This document shows positions 28,189 through 35,385 of a stretch of DNA of 64,000 nucleotides, piece by piece. The position numbers and the translations under genes were made by a program. The notes under the pieces are model-generated. The model made no database searches. It was not told the DNA's origin and saw nothing but the letters and a program-made list of their open reading frames with translations. The DNA is from an uncultured virus (IMG/VR IMGVR_UViG_3300034072_002247). Its lineage: Duplodnaviria; Heunggongvirae; Uroviricota; Caudoviricetes. The stretch's first letter is position 1; each line of letters opens with the position of its first letter. The stretch is from the IMG/VR virus record IMGVR_UViG_3300034072_002247. The stretch is one strand, 5' to 3'.

Positions 28189-29220
28189 TCAAATCTTTAA
28201 CATTGAAATCAAGCTAAAAAATCCACTTGGGTTTTCTTCTAACTCTTCATGATTTAATTCTAAACCATATTTATCAAAATATCTTTTAAATAAATAATGA
28301 TAAGATATTTTTTTAATGAAATTAATTGAATATTCTTTTTTTAATCTTAAATATCCATGTGGAGTCATACATATTACATAGTAATTTGGATTTTTTAAAA
28401 AATCCAAATATCTGAATTCTATTTGAAAATAAAACTTTGGTTTAACTTTCCATATTGATTCATAATCTTTTTCTTTATTTCTTTTTTCTTTAAACTCTGG
28501 CTCTCCTTCATGTAGTGAAACATGGTATTTAACATTTTTTATTAACTCATATTTTCCGTCTATCTTTTTCACTTTAAAATCATCAATTGTTTCAATTAAT
28601 ACATAAAAATTTATAACATTTTTTATTATTAATAAATGACCACAGTTTTTTAATTTTATATATTCCACTTCACCATACAATGAAAAAACTTCTTTTATTT
28701 CTTCTAATATATAAGACATCATACTTTCTAAATTTTCATTCTTATATTTTTCAGATATAGCATTCTTATATAAATAAGGATTTGAACTTTTCATTTTTAT
28801 ATACATATCTGTTGCTGTAAAATTTAATGAATACATATAATCTGGAATCATTGTAGACTTGTAAGTCTTTTTAAATTCTTCTTTTGATAATAAAATATTT
28901 GGACATTCATCTAGTTTTTCTTTTAATCCATAAATCCTAGATGTTTCATAACTGTTTCTAAGTGGTCTAACTTCAAGATTATAATTTATAAATTTTCTAT
29001 CATTTATGCCAGACTTATTTTTTATAGTTCTATAAAATCCAGATTTAATTATTGCAGTTGCATCGGGGTCATCTTTAAGACCTTTCTTTCCAGAAAAAGC
29101 TAAAGTTACATTTTTTTTCAAATGTTCTTTATCATTAGGATTAAACTCACTAAAAGTTCTATAAAATAAATCGTTTAATAAATTATCCTGTGATATAGTA
29201 TCAAAATTAAATTTATACAT
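28189..29220 (-). CDS. hypothetical protein
   Basis: 343-aa ORF. Confidence 0.7.
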   Translation of the reverse strand: MYKFNFDTISQDNLLNDLFYRTFSEFNPNDKEHLKKNVTLAFSGKKGLKDDPDATAIIKSGFYRTIKNKSGINDRKFINYNLEVRPLRNSYETSRIYGLKEKLDECPNILLSKEEFKKTYKSTMIPDYMYSLNFTATDMYIKMKSSNPYLYKNAISEKYKNENLESMMSYILEEIKEVFSLYGEVEYIKLKNCGHLLIIKNVINFYVLIETIDDFKVKKIDGKYELIKNVKYHVSLHEGEPEFKEKRNKEKDYESIWKVKPKFYFQIEFRYLDFLKNPNYYVICMTPHGYLRLKKEYSINFIKKISYHYLFKRYFDKYGLELNHEELEENPSGFFSLISMLKI

Positions 29221-29373
29221 ATTAAAATACCTTAAGTTATTTGATTTTTTTTTTTAAAATCAATTTATAAATATTTTTTTATTATACCGAACTTTATATT
29301 AAATTTCAACATATTATTGACAATTAAAAAGATAAGTATAGAATAAAAAACATTGAATAAATGGTGAAAAATA

Positions 29374-29970
29374 ATGAAAAACATTGAAGAGTATATAATT
29401 CAGTCTTATCAAAATTCAGTTTCTAAGGGATGGTACGAAGAAAAAAGAAGTTTTTTAGAAAGAGCAGCACTAATGAATACTGAAATTGCAGAAGCCACAG
29501 AAGAGGTAAGAAATTCTACAGAAGATTACTATTTAATAGGTGATAAACCAGAAGGTCAAGCAGTAGAATTAGCAGATTTATTAATAAGAATTTTTGATTA
29601 TTTAGGATATAGTCAAATAGATATTCAGCCTTATATAAAAGCACAGTTTAAATTTTTAGATAAAGACTTAATTACAATATCAGATATAATTAATGAAATA
29701 AAAACAAATTATAATTTAAAAATTTTATCTAATCTTAAATCTATAAATACAGACTTAGAGTTTCATGCTTTTATTTCAATATCTATTTCAGATGCTGTAA
29801 GAACATTCCTTAAACAAGATTTTGATACTCATTATTATTTTTTAGTTGAAGCAATTATTAAAGTTTTATATTTTTCTAACTTGAAATGTTGGAATATAGA
29901 AAGTATTATTGAAAAGAAACACTTATATAACATTAATAGACCACATAAACATGGTGGAAAAAAGTGTTAA
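29374..29970 (+). CDS. MazG-like NTP pyrophosphohydrolase with internal duplication
   Basis: KGW, EIAEATEE, ELADLLIRIFD, K..YN..R.HKHGGK. Confidence 0.8.
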   Translation: MKNIEEYIIQSYQNSVSKGWYEEKRSFLERAALMNTEIAEATEEVRNSTEDYYLIGDKPEGQAVELADLLIRIFDYLGYSQIDIQPYIKAQFKFLDKDLITISDIINEIKTNYNLKILSNLKSINTDLEFHAFISISISDAVRTFLKQDFDTHYYFLVEAIIKVLYFSNLKCWNIESIIEKKHLYNINRPHKHGGKKC

Positions 29971-30129
29971 AGACTTTTTATTAAAAGGTTTCATTATGAA
30001 AAATAAAGAAAACAATAAAAAAAATTCTTTTAATTTAATAAATAATCTTTTAAATCTAAAAGAAACAAAAGAACACTTAAAAAAAATAAAATATTAAACT
30101 ACACTAACAAACTAAAAATAGGAGATAAA

Positions 30130-30777
30130 ATGAAAAAATTAACAATTACAACTTTAATGTCAGCCATCATTTTGGCAGGTTGCACAACAAATCCACATAC
30201 AGGTGAATCACAAGTATCTAAAGGTGCAATGTATGGTGGTATTGGGGCTGTAGGTGGTGCCGTTGTAGGAGCTTTAGCTGGTGGTAAAAAAGGGGCTATT
30301 ATTGGTGCAGGTGTTGGCGCTGTTGCTGGTGGTGGTTATGGTGTCTATGTTGATGTTCAAGAAAAAAAATTAAGAGAGCAATTAAAAAATACAGGTGTTG
30401 AAGTTCAACGTAATGGAAATAGCATTCTTTTAACTATGCCGGGCAATATTACTTTTGATACTGGCAGTGCAAATATGTCTTCTTCTTTTTATTCTACTTT
30501 AAACTCCATTGCTGCATCTTTAAAAGAGTATAAAGATACTCAGATAACAGTAACTGGTCACACTGATAATTCTGGAAGTTTTGAAAAAAATCAAATTTTA
30601 TCAGAACAAAGAGCAAAAACAGTAGCAGATTATTTATCAGCACAAGGTGTTGAGCAACATAGAATTCAAGCTTATGGATTAGGATCTAGACAACCAATTG
30701 CAGATAATGATACTGATTCTGGTAGACAAAAAAATCGTAGAGTGGAAATAAAAATTAATGAAATTCAACAACAATAA
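30130..30777 (+). CDS. OmpA-family lipoprotein (YiaD-like)
   Basis: LAGC lipobox, glycine zipper, GHTD..G....N..LS..RA, NRRVEI. Confidence 0.9.
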   Translation: MKKLTITTLMSAIILAGCTTNPHTGESQVSKGAMYGGIGAVGGAVVGALAGGKKGAIIGAGVGAVAGGGYGVYVDVQEKKLREQLKNTGVEVQRNGNSILLTMPGNITFDTGSANMSSSFYSTLNSIAASLKEYKDTQITVTGHTDNSGSFEKNQILSEQRAKTVADYLSAQGVEQHRIQAYGLGSRQPIADNDTDSGRQKNRRVEIKINEIQQQ

Positions 30778-30851
30778 GCCTTTTAGGCTTATTGCTTATT
30801 GACTTAAATATTTTTAAATATAAAATTTTATTTATAACTTGGAGTTTTTAT

Positions 30852-31364
30852 ATGAAAAAAATTGCTACTTTAACTTTTATTGGAATTACTAGCATAATTG
30901 CTGGTTGTTCAACTGTTCATGTAGAAAAAGAACCTACTTTAAATAGTATTAAATGGTCTTTAGAAGATAAAAAAGTTTATTTAAGAACTATGTATGTTCA
31001 AGCAGACTTTAAAGAAAATGGTGATAGAAGAACTTTTAATGATTATGATTTTAGAAAAGAAACTGCACCTTGTACAGTAATTAAACAATATAGTCCAAGA
31101 ACATATGTTTATACAATTGAAAAAGATAAACAAACTTTAAACTTTGAATGTCGTCCTTATTTTGGTTATGAAAAACCAGACTTAAGAAGACTTTATTTAA
31201 TAGGTTCTATCAAAGATTGTGAAGATAGAACATGGGATTATAAAGCACCAGTTGTAAACTTTGACAAAAATGGATTTGTTGATGTTAAATCTATGTGCAA
31301 ACTACCAAAGAGAACACATTATAACGATTCTATAGAAAAACGTTATGTTGAATGGTTTAAATAA
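30852..31364 (+). CDS. lipoprotein
   Basis: GGAG SD; MKKIATL...IIAGC lipobox. Confidence 0.7.
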   Translation: MKKIATLTFIGITSIIAGCSTVHVEKEPTLNSIKWSLEDKKVYLRTMYVQADFKENGDRRTFNDYDFRKETAPCTVIKQYSPRTYVYTIEKDKQTLNFECRPYFGYEKPDLRRLYLIGSIKDCEDRTWDYKAPVVNFDKNGFVDVKSMCKLPKRTHYNDSIEKRYVEWFK

Positions 31365-31385
31365 AAGCTCCTTCGGGAGTTTTTT
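31365..31385 (+). terminator. intrinsic terminator
   Basis: GCTCC-TTCG-GGAGT followed by T-tract. Confidence 0.85.
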
Positions 31386-31386
31386 A

Positions 31387-31415
31387 TTTACATTTAAAAA
31401 AAAATAGTTTATAAT
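31387..31415 (+). promoter_or_regulatory. sigma70 promoter of the argS leader
   Basis: TTTACA-17-TATAAT. Confidence 0.75.
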
Positions 31416-31437
31416 CGCATTTTTAAAAGAGGAAAAA

Positions 31438-31509
31438 TCATGAAGCTCAGACGATTCTAAAATATTTATAAAATTTAAACATATAAACTATTTTAGGAGA
31501 GCATCATGA
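31438..31509 (+). promoter_or_regulatory. translational attenuator hairpin sequestering the argS SD and AUG
   Basis: TCATGA-a-GCTC-[AGACGA bulge]-TTCTAAAATA-TTTATA pairs with TATAAA-c-TATTTTAGGA-GAGC-a-TCATGA. Confidence 0.8.
31440..31460 (+). CDS. argS leader peptide MKLRRF
   Basis: AGAGGA SD; ATG AAG CTC AGA CGA TTC TAA; tandem Arg codons in front of ArgRS. Confidence 0.8.
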   Translation: MKLRRF

Positions 31510-33134
31510 AAAACAACATTATTAAAGATATTAATACTTATCTTTTATCTAAAAATATTAATCAAAATTTTAAACTTATTTATTCAAGTTATGAAGACTT
31601 TCATTATCAAACATCTTTATTATTTAGTTTAAAAAATAATAAAAATTTTGATACTACAGATTTTTTAAATTACTTAAAAAATACAAAAAACTATGATAAA
31701 GTTGAAATTACTGGAAATGGATTTCTTTCATTTAAACTATCAAATTTTTCTTATGAAAATGAAAGCATTAAAAAACAAGAAAAAATAATTGTAGACTATT
31801 GTGGCATAAATATAGCAAAAAAAATGCACATAGGCCATATTCGGTCTATGTTTACTGGTGATTTCTTAGTTCGGTTACACCAATATTTAGGAAATGAAGT
31901 TTTTATTTTTAATCATATTGGTGATTGTGGCAATCAATTTGGTTATCTAATAAATTATATTATTTCCAATGATATTAAAGAATTTAATAGTCAAGAACTA
32001 ACTGAACTTTATAAAAAAGCTTTTGTTAAATATAGTGAAGATGAAAATTTCAAGGAAAATTCTGATTTAATTGCCACTTCTTTACAAAAAAAATCCAATC
32101 TTAAAGTTTTGGAAATTTGGAATAAATGTGTAGAGACTAGTTTAAAAGATCTAGAAAAATTTATTAATCTTTTCTCCTTAAAAATGAATTTAAAAAATGT
32201 TCAAGGTGAAAGTTTTTACTATGACATGTGCAATGATATTGTTGAAGATTTAATATTTAAAAAAATTGTTAAGGTTGATATTGATAATTCAGTTTATTTT
32301 GAATACAAAAATTCTAAAATTGTTTTAAAGAAATCAAATGGTAATTTTTTATATTCAACTTATGATTTAGCAGCAATAAAATGGCGGAAAGACAATATTA
32401 ATCCAGATAAAATATTCTATGTTGTTGATAAACGGCAATCTAAACATTTTGACTTAATTTTTGAAATATCAAAACAAGCTGGGTACTCAAAAAACGTTGA
32501 ATTAATACATGTTCCTTTTGGAACTATAATTGATAAATCAGGAAAGCCACTTAAAACGAAATCAGGAGAGTCTTTATATCTTGAAGATATGTTAAATGAT
32601 GGATATGATGAAATATCTAAATTTGAGTATATACAAAAAATTCCAGAACAGATAAAAAATAAAATGATAAATACCGCATTAATATCAGCATTGAAATTTT
32701 ATGATTTAAAATTTTCTAAGGATAGTGATTATTTTTTTGATTGGAATAATATATTTGATATAAAAGGTGGAACTTCTGGATATATTCAGCAAACTTATGT
32801 TCGGATTGAATCATTAATCTTAAAATCAAACATTGAGTTAGATAATATTGAATTCAATTCTTTAAATTTAAATGACGAAGAAAATTATATTTTATTTAAT
32901 TCTTACAAATTAAAAGAAATAATTGATAATTTTGAAGGATTTCAGAGCAATTTAATAATTAATCAACTTATATATTTATGTGCCATTTTTAATAAATATT
33001 ATGAAAACAACAATATTAATTCAGCAAGTGATAAAATTAATAAATTAAAATTAATTATGAATATTAAAAATAATATAAAATTATCTGGTGATATATTAGG
33101 TCTGACTTTTTATAAACCTTTTAAAACACAATAA
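31506..33134 (+). CDS. argS: arginine--tRNA ligase
   Basis: VDY...NIAKKMHIGHIRS (HIGH), NHIGD.G.QFG, GESFY, Y.TYDLAA, YVVD.RQ..HF, FG......KPLKTKSG. Confidence 0.95.
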   Translation: MKNNIIKDINTYLLSKNINQNFKLIYSSYEDFHYQTSLLFSLKNNKNFDTTDFLNYLKNTKNYDKVEITGNGFLSFKLSNFSYENESIKKQEKIIVDYCGINIAKKMHIGHIRSMFTGDFLVRLHQYLGNEVFIFNHIGDCGNQFGYLINYIISNDIKEFNSQELTELYKKAFVKYSEDENFKENSDLIATSLQKKSNLKVLEIWNKCVETSLKDLEKFINLFSLKMNLKNVQGESFYYDMCNDIVEDLIFKKIVKVDIDNSVYFEYKNSKIVLKKSNGNFLYSTYDLAAIKWRKDNINPDKIFYVVDKRQSKHFDLIFEISKQAGYSKNVELIHVPFGTIIDKSGKPLKTKSGESLYLEDMLNDGYDEISKFEYIQKIPEQIKNKMINTALISALKFYDLKFSKDSDYFFDWNNIFDIKGGTSGYIQQTYVRIESLILKSNIELDNIEFNSLNLNDEENYILFNSYKLKEIIDNFEGFQSNLIINQLIYLCAIFNKYYENNNINSASDKINKLKLIMNIKNNIKLSGDILGLTFYKPFKTQ

Positions 33135-33195
33135 AATTCTATTTTGACTTATTAATATGTAAATGTATTATAATATAAAAACAACACTAAATTTT

Positions 33196-33852
33196 ATGAA
33201 AAATAAATACAGTGGTTTAAGTCTTATAGAGTCAATGTTATCTTTAACAATATTGACTATTATTTCATTATCTTTGATTCAATGGTATTCAACTATTAAA
33301 GAAAAAGAATTAAATAAAAAATTTTCTGACGAAATAAGTCTTATTTTGTATGCCACTGATAGGAGACTTTTTATTGATCAATTTAAAGATAACGATTTTT
33401 CTTACCAAATTTATAATGGTGAAAAAATAAATTTAAATAAAACATTCATTTCTTTTGATAATAATTGTGGTGAAAGTGATGGGTGGAAACCTAAAGGATA
33501 TTCTGATATTTCTTTGATTTCTTGTGGAATGTGGAAAAATAAGATCCCTTATAATCTAAATATTGAGGTAAAAATAAAAAAGAAAAAAGATTATATAACT
33601 AAAGTTTATTATGATTACTCTTTTAAAGAAGAACAACAATATGAAAAATTTAAAGGATTGCTAATAGAACTTAATAAAAACATTAAAAATAATATGGTTC
33701 CATTACATGCTGGTAGCATTAGTTCTTATTTTATAGATGATGAAAACAATAAGATAAACTTAATTGAATGTTCAAAATTAAAAGTTAATTGTAAATTAAG
33801 AACTGAATTTAAATCTTCTCCAGCATTATTATTAGAAGATGAGCTTTTGTAA
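33196..33852 (+). CDS. type IV prepilin-like protein
   Basis: MKNKYSG|LSLIESMLSLTIL class III signal (G at -1, E at +5). Confidence 0.7.
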   Translation: MKNKYSGLSLIESMLSLTILTIISLSLIQWYSTIKEKELNKKFSDEISLILYATDRRLFIDQFKDNDFSYQIYNGEKINLNKTFISFDNNCGESDGWKPKGYSDISLISCGMWKNKIPYNLNIEVKIKKKKDYITKVYYDYSFKEEQQYEKFKGLLIELNKNIKNNMVPLHAGSISSYFIDDENNKINLIECSKLKVNCKLRTEFKSSPALLLEDELL

Positions 33853-33881
33853 TTGACATTTAAAATTAATTAGTTTAAAAT
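33853..33881 (+). promoter_or_regulatory. sigma70 promoter of the tRNA-array leader
   Basis: TTGACA-17-TAAAAT. Confidence 0.8.
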
Positions 33882-33908
33882 ATTCATATATTAAAAAGGA
33901 AAACAGTT

Positions 33909-33956
33909 ATGAAAGACGTAAAACCATTTATAATAGCGAGAGCAAGAATATCTTAA
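33909..33956 (+). CDS. tRNA-array leader peptide MKDVKPFIIARARIS
   Basis: AAGGA SD; codon run ATA ATA GCG AGA GCA AGA ATA before TCT TAA. Confidence 0.8.
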   Translation: MKDVKPFIIARARIS

Positions 33957-34041
33957 TGAGCTAACTCATTGAGAGGGGTTAGCGTGTCTAATCCCTAACT
34001 GCTAGTACAAAGCCTTTGGGGAAATCTCAAAGGCTTTTTTT
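33954..34041 (+). promoter_or_regulatory. transcription attenuator with alternative hairpins
   Basis: 1:2 = 33954-60/33965-71; 3:4 = 33974-82/33988-96; terminator 34009-21/34025-37 + U-tract; alternatives 33960-67/33976-83 and antiterminator 33992-98/34016-22. Confidence 0.75.
34009..34041 (+). terminator. attenuator terminator
   Basis: AAAGCCTTTGGGG-AAA-TCTCAAAGGCTTT followed by TTTT. Confidence 0.9.
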
Positions 34042-34133
34042 ATGCACTAAATGTGCAGGGTATTGTTCAACCCTAAACAATGTAAGTTATTGATTTTAAA
34101 AGAAAAAAAGTTAAAAAATATTTAAAAAAAGTA

Positions 34134-34162
34134 TTGACAAGTGAAAAAAGTTTAGGTAGAAT
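34134..34162 (+). promoter_or_regulatory. second, array-proximal sigma70 promoter with upstream IHF-consensus site
   Basis: TTGACA-17-TAGAAT; reverse-strand AATCAA-TAAC-TTA (WATCAANNNNTTR) at 34083-34095. Confidence 0.7.
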
Positions 34163-34221
34163 ATGTAGTATGAAGAGTTGAGAAAGAAATTAAAAAAATC
34201 AACTTTGAATATTTAATAAAT

Positions 34222-34300
34222 GGGGGCACATGTACCAATGGGCCGGCGAGGAAGGTTTGCACCTTTCCTGTGAAGAGTTCGATTCTCTTTGTCTCCACCA
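34222..34300 (+). tRNA. tRNA-Ala(TGC), atypical D-arm
   Basis: GGGGGCA/TGTCTCC with G3:U70, loop TT-TGC-AC, TTCGATT T-loop, ACCA. Confidence 0.8.
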
Positions 34301-34303
34301 AAT

Positions 34304-34449
34304 TTGTGCTATAGTTATATGTTGGTAAAATAGTTTTTATAGGTTAAAGTTTACAGTTCAATTCTGTATCACTTTATTATAAAGGATAGTTTAATTAGGT
34401 AAAACATTAACCATAGAAAAAGTATGTAGTTCGATTCTACATAGCACAA
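34304..34449 (+). ncRNA. anticodon-less double tRNA-like RNA (two tRNA bodies fused through the anticodon stems)
   Basis: acceptor TTGTGCTA/TAGCACAA; two D-arms with GG loops; two T-arms (TTCAATT, TTCGATT); internal closed acceptor hairpin; 13-bp connector 34334-47/34407-19; no CCA. Confidence 0.75.
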
Positions 34450-34455
34450 TAAAAC

Positions 34456-34531
34456 GGGGTGATAGCTCAGTTGGGAGAGCGTCTGAATGGCATTCAGAAG
34501 GTCGTGGGTTCGAACCCCATTCATTCCACCA
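34456..34531 (+). tRNA. tRNA-Ala(GGC)
   Basis: canonical cloverleaf, G3:U70, TCTGA-AT-GGC-AT-TCAGA, ACCA. Confidence 0.95.
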
Positions 34532-34543
34532 GATTTAAGATAT

Positions 34544-34618
34544 GGGCTTATAGTTTAATTGGGAAAATATCTGCCTTGCACGCAGAAGTTCAGAGTTCGA
34601 TTCTCTGTAGGTCCACCA
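34544..34618 (+). tRNA. tRNA-Ala(TGC)
   Basis: G3:U70, TCTGC-CT-TGC-AC-GCAGA, ACCA. Confidence 0.95.
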
Positions 34619-34623
34619 AATAT

Positions 34624-34700
34624 GTTCGCGTAGCTCAGTTGGATAGAGCAGCCGCCTTCTAAGCGGCTGGTCGTGGGTTCGAATCCCTCCGTGAACGCCA
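34624..34700 (+). tRNA. tRNA-Arg(TCT)
   Basis: GCCGC-CT-TCT-AA-GCGGC, GCCA end. Confidence 0.95.
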
Positions 34701-34702
34701 AG

Positions 34703-34787
34703 TTAAGTTAAAAATATAGGGTCAGAACCTATCTGCTGAATTTTATTAAATTTGGTGGTAATGTAACGGTAAACATATTTAACTTAA
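34703..34787 (+). ncRNA. circularly permuted tRNA-like RNA (T-arm, closed acceptor stem, D-arm order; YrlA-like module)
   Basis: closing stem TTAAGTTAAA/TTTAACTTAA; ATAGG-GTCAGAA-CCTAT; CTGCTGAATTT-TATT-AAATTTGGTGG; TA; ATGT-AACGGTAA-ACAT. Confidence 0.7.
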
Positions 34788-34792
34788 ATTAT

Positions 34793-34869
34793 GGGTCTGT
34801 AGTTCAGTTGGGAGAACGCTTCGCTTGCACCGAAGATGTCATGGGTTCGAATCCCATCAGTATCCACCA
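34793..34869 (+). tRNA. tRNA-Ala(TGC) with a bulged base in the acceptor stem
   Basis: GGGTCTG/CAG-T-ATCC, CTTCG-CT-TGC-AC-CGAAG, ACCA. Confidence 0.9.
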
Positions 34870-34874
34870 GTTAT

Positions 34875-34950
34875 GGGGTTTTAGTTTAATATTGATAAAA
34901 CGCCGGGGTTAAACTCGGAAATGCAAGGTAAACACTTGTAGACTCCACCA
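34875..34950 (+). tRNA. Ala-identity tRNA-like RNA with 6-nt anticodon loop
   Basis: GGGGTTT/AGACTCC with G3:U70 and ACCA; CCGGG-GTTAAA-CTCGG; non-canonical T-loop GTAAACA. Confidence 0.7.
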
Positions 34951-34960
34951 ATTTATATAT

Positions 34961-35035
34961 GGGCTGATAGTTTAATTGGGAAAATCCCTGCCTTGCACGC
35001 AGGAGTTCAGGGTTCGATTCCCTGTTGGTCCACCA
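34961..35035 (+). tRNA. tRNA-Ala(TGC)
   Basis: G3:U70, CCTGC-CT-TGC-AC-GCAGG, ACCA. Confidence 0.95.
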
Positions 35036-35047
35036 GATTTTTTATAT

Positions 35048-35123
35048 GTCCTCTTAGCTCAACTGGAAGAGCAATGACCTTCTAAGTCATAGGTTGTAGG
35101 TTCGAATCCTACAGGGGATGCCA
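35048..35123 (+). tRNA. tRNA-Arg(TCT)
   Basis: ATGAC-CT-TCT-AA-GTCAT, GCCA end. Confidence 0.95.
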
Positions 35124-35128
35124 AATAT

Positions 35129-35203
35129 GGGGATTTTAGTTTAACCGGGAAAACGGCTTGCAAGAGTGAGCAGTCTGTAGTTCAAGTCTACATATCTCCA
35201 CCA
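35129..35203 (+). tRNA. Ala-identity tRNA-like RNA with collapsed anticodon loop
   Basis: GGGGAT/ATCTCC with G3:U70 and ACCA; GCTTGC-AAGA-GTGAGC in place of the anticodon arm; intact D and T arms. Confidence 0.7.
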
Positions 35204-35209
35204 TATAAA

Positions 35210-35284
35210 GGTTCTCTAGCATAATGGTTAATGCACTCCGCTCATAACGGAATGATTCAGGTTCGATTCCTGGGAGAACCACCA
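35210..35284 (+). tRNA. tRNA with CAT anticodon (probably Ile2, possibly Met)
   Basis: GGTTCTC/GAGAACC, TCCG-CT-CAT-AA-CGGA, ACCA; no initiator features. Confidence 0.85.
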
Positions 35285-35290
35285 AATTAC

Positions 35291-35367
35291 GGGACTTTAG
35301 CTCAGTTGGTTAGAGCATCCGACTCATAATCGGCAGGTCGTAGGTTCAAGTCCTACAAGTCCCACCA
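35291..35367 (+). tRNA. tRNA-Ile2(CAT), reads ATA after lysidine modification
   Basis: CCGA-CT-CAT-AA-TCGG anticodon arm as in enterobacterial tRNA-Ile2, GGGACTT/AAGTCCC, ACCA. Confidence 0.9.
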
Positions 35368-35385
35368 TATTTTTTGGAGATATTT

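Noticed and set aside
34459..34662. 67-aa ORF in the track
   Set aside because: Lies across three tRNA genes; a shadow ORF.
34875..34950. Bona fide ochre suppressor or tRNA-Leu(TAA)
   Set aside because: The loop is 6 nt without canonical geometry, the T-loop is abnormal and a sister RNA has an unrelated collapsed loop; kept only as a long-shot hypothesis.
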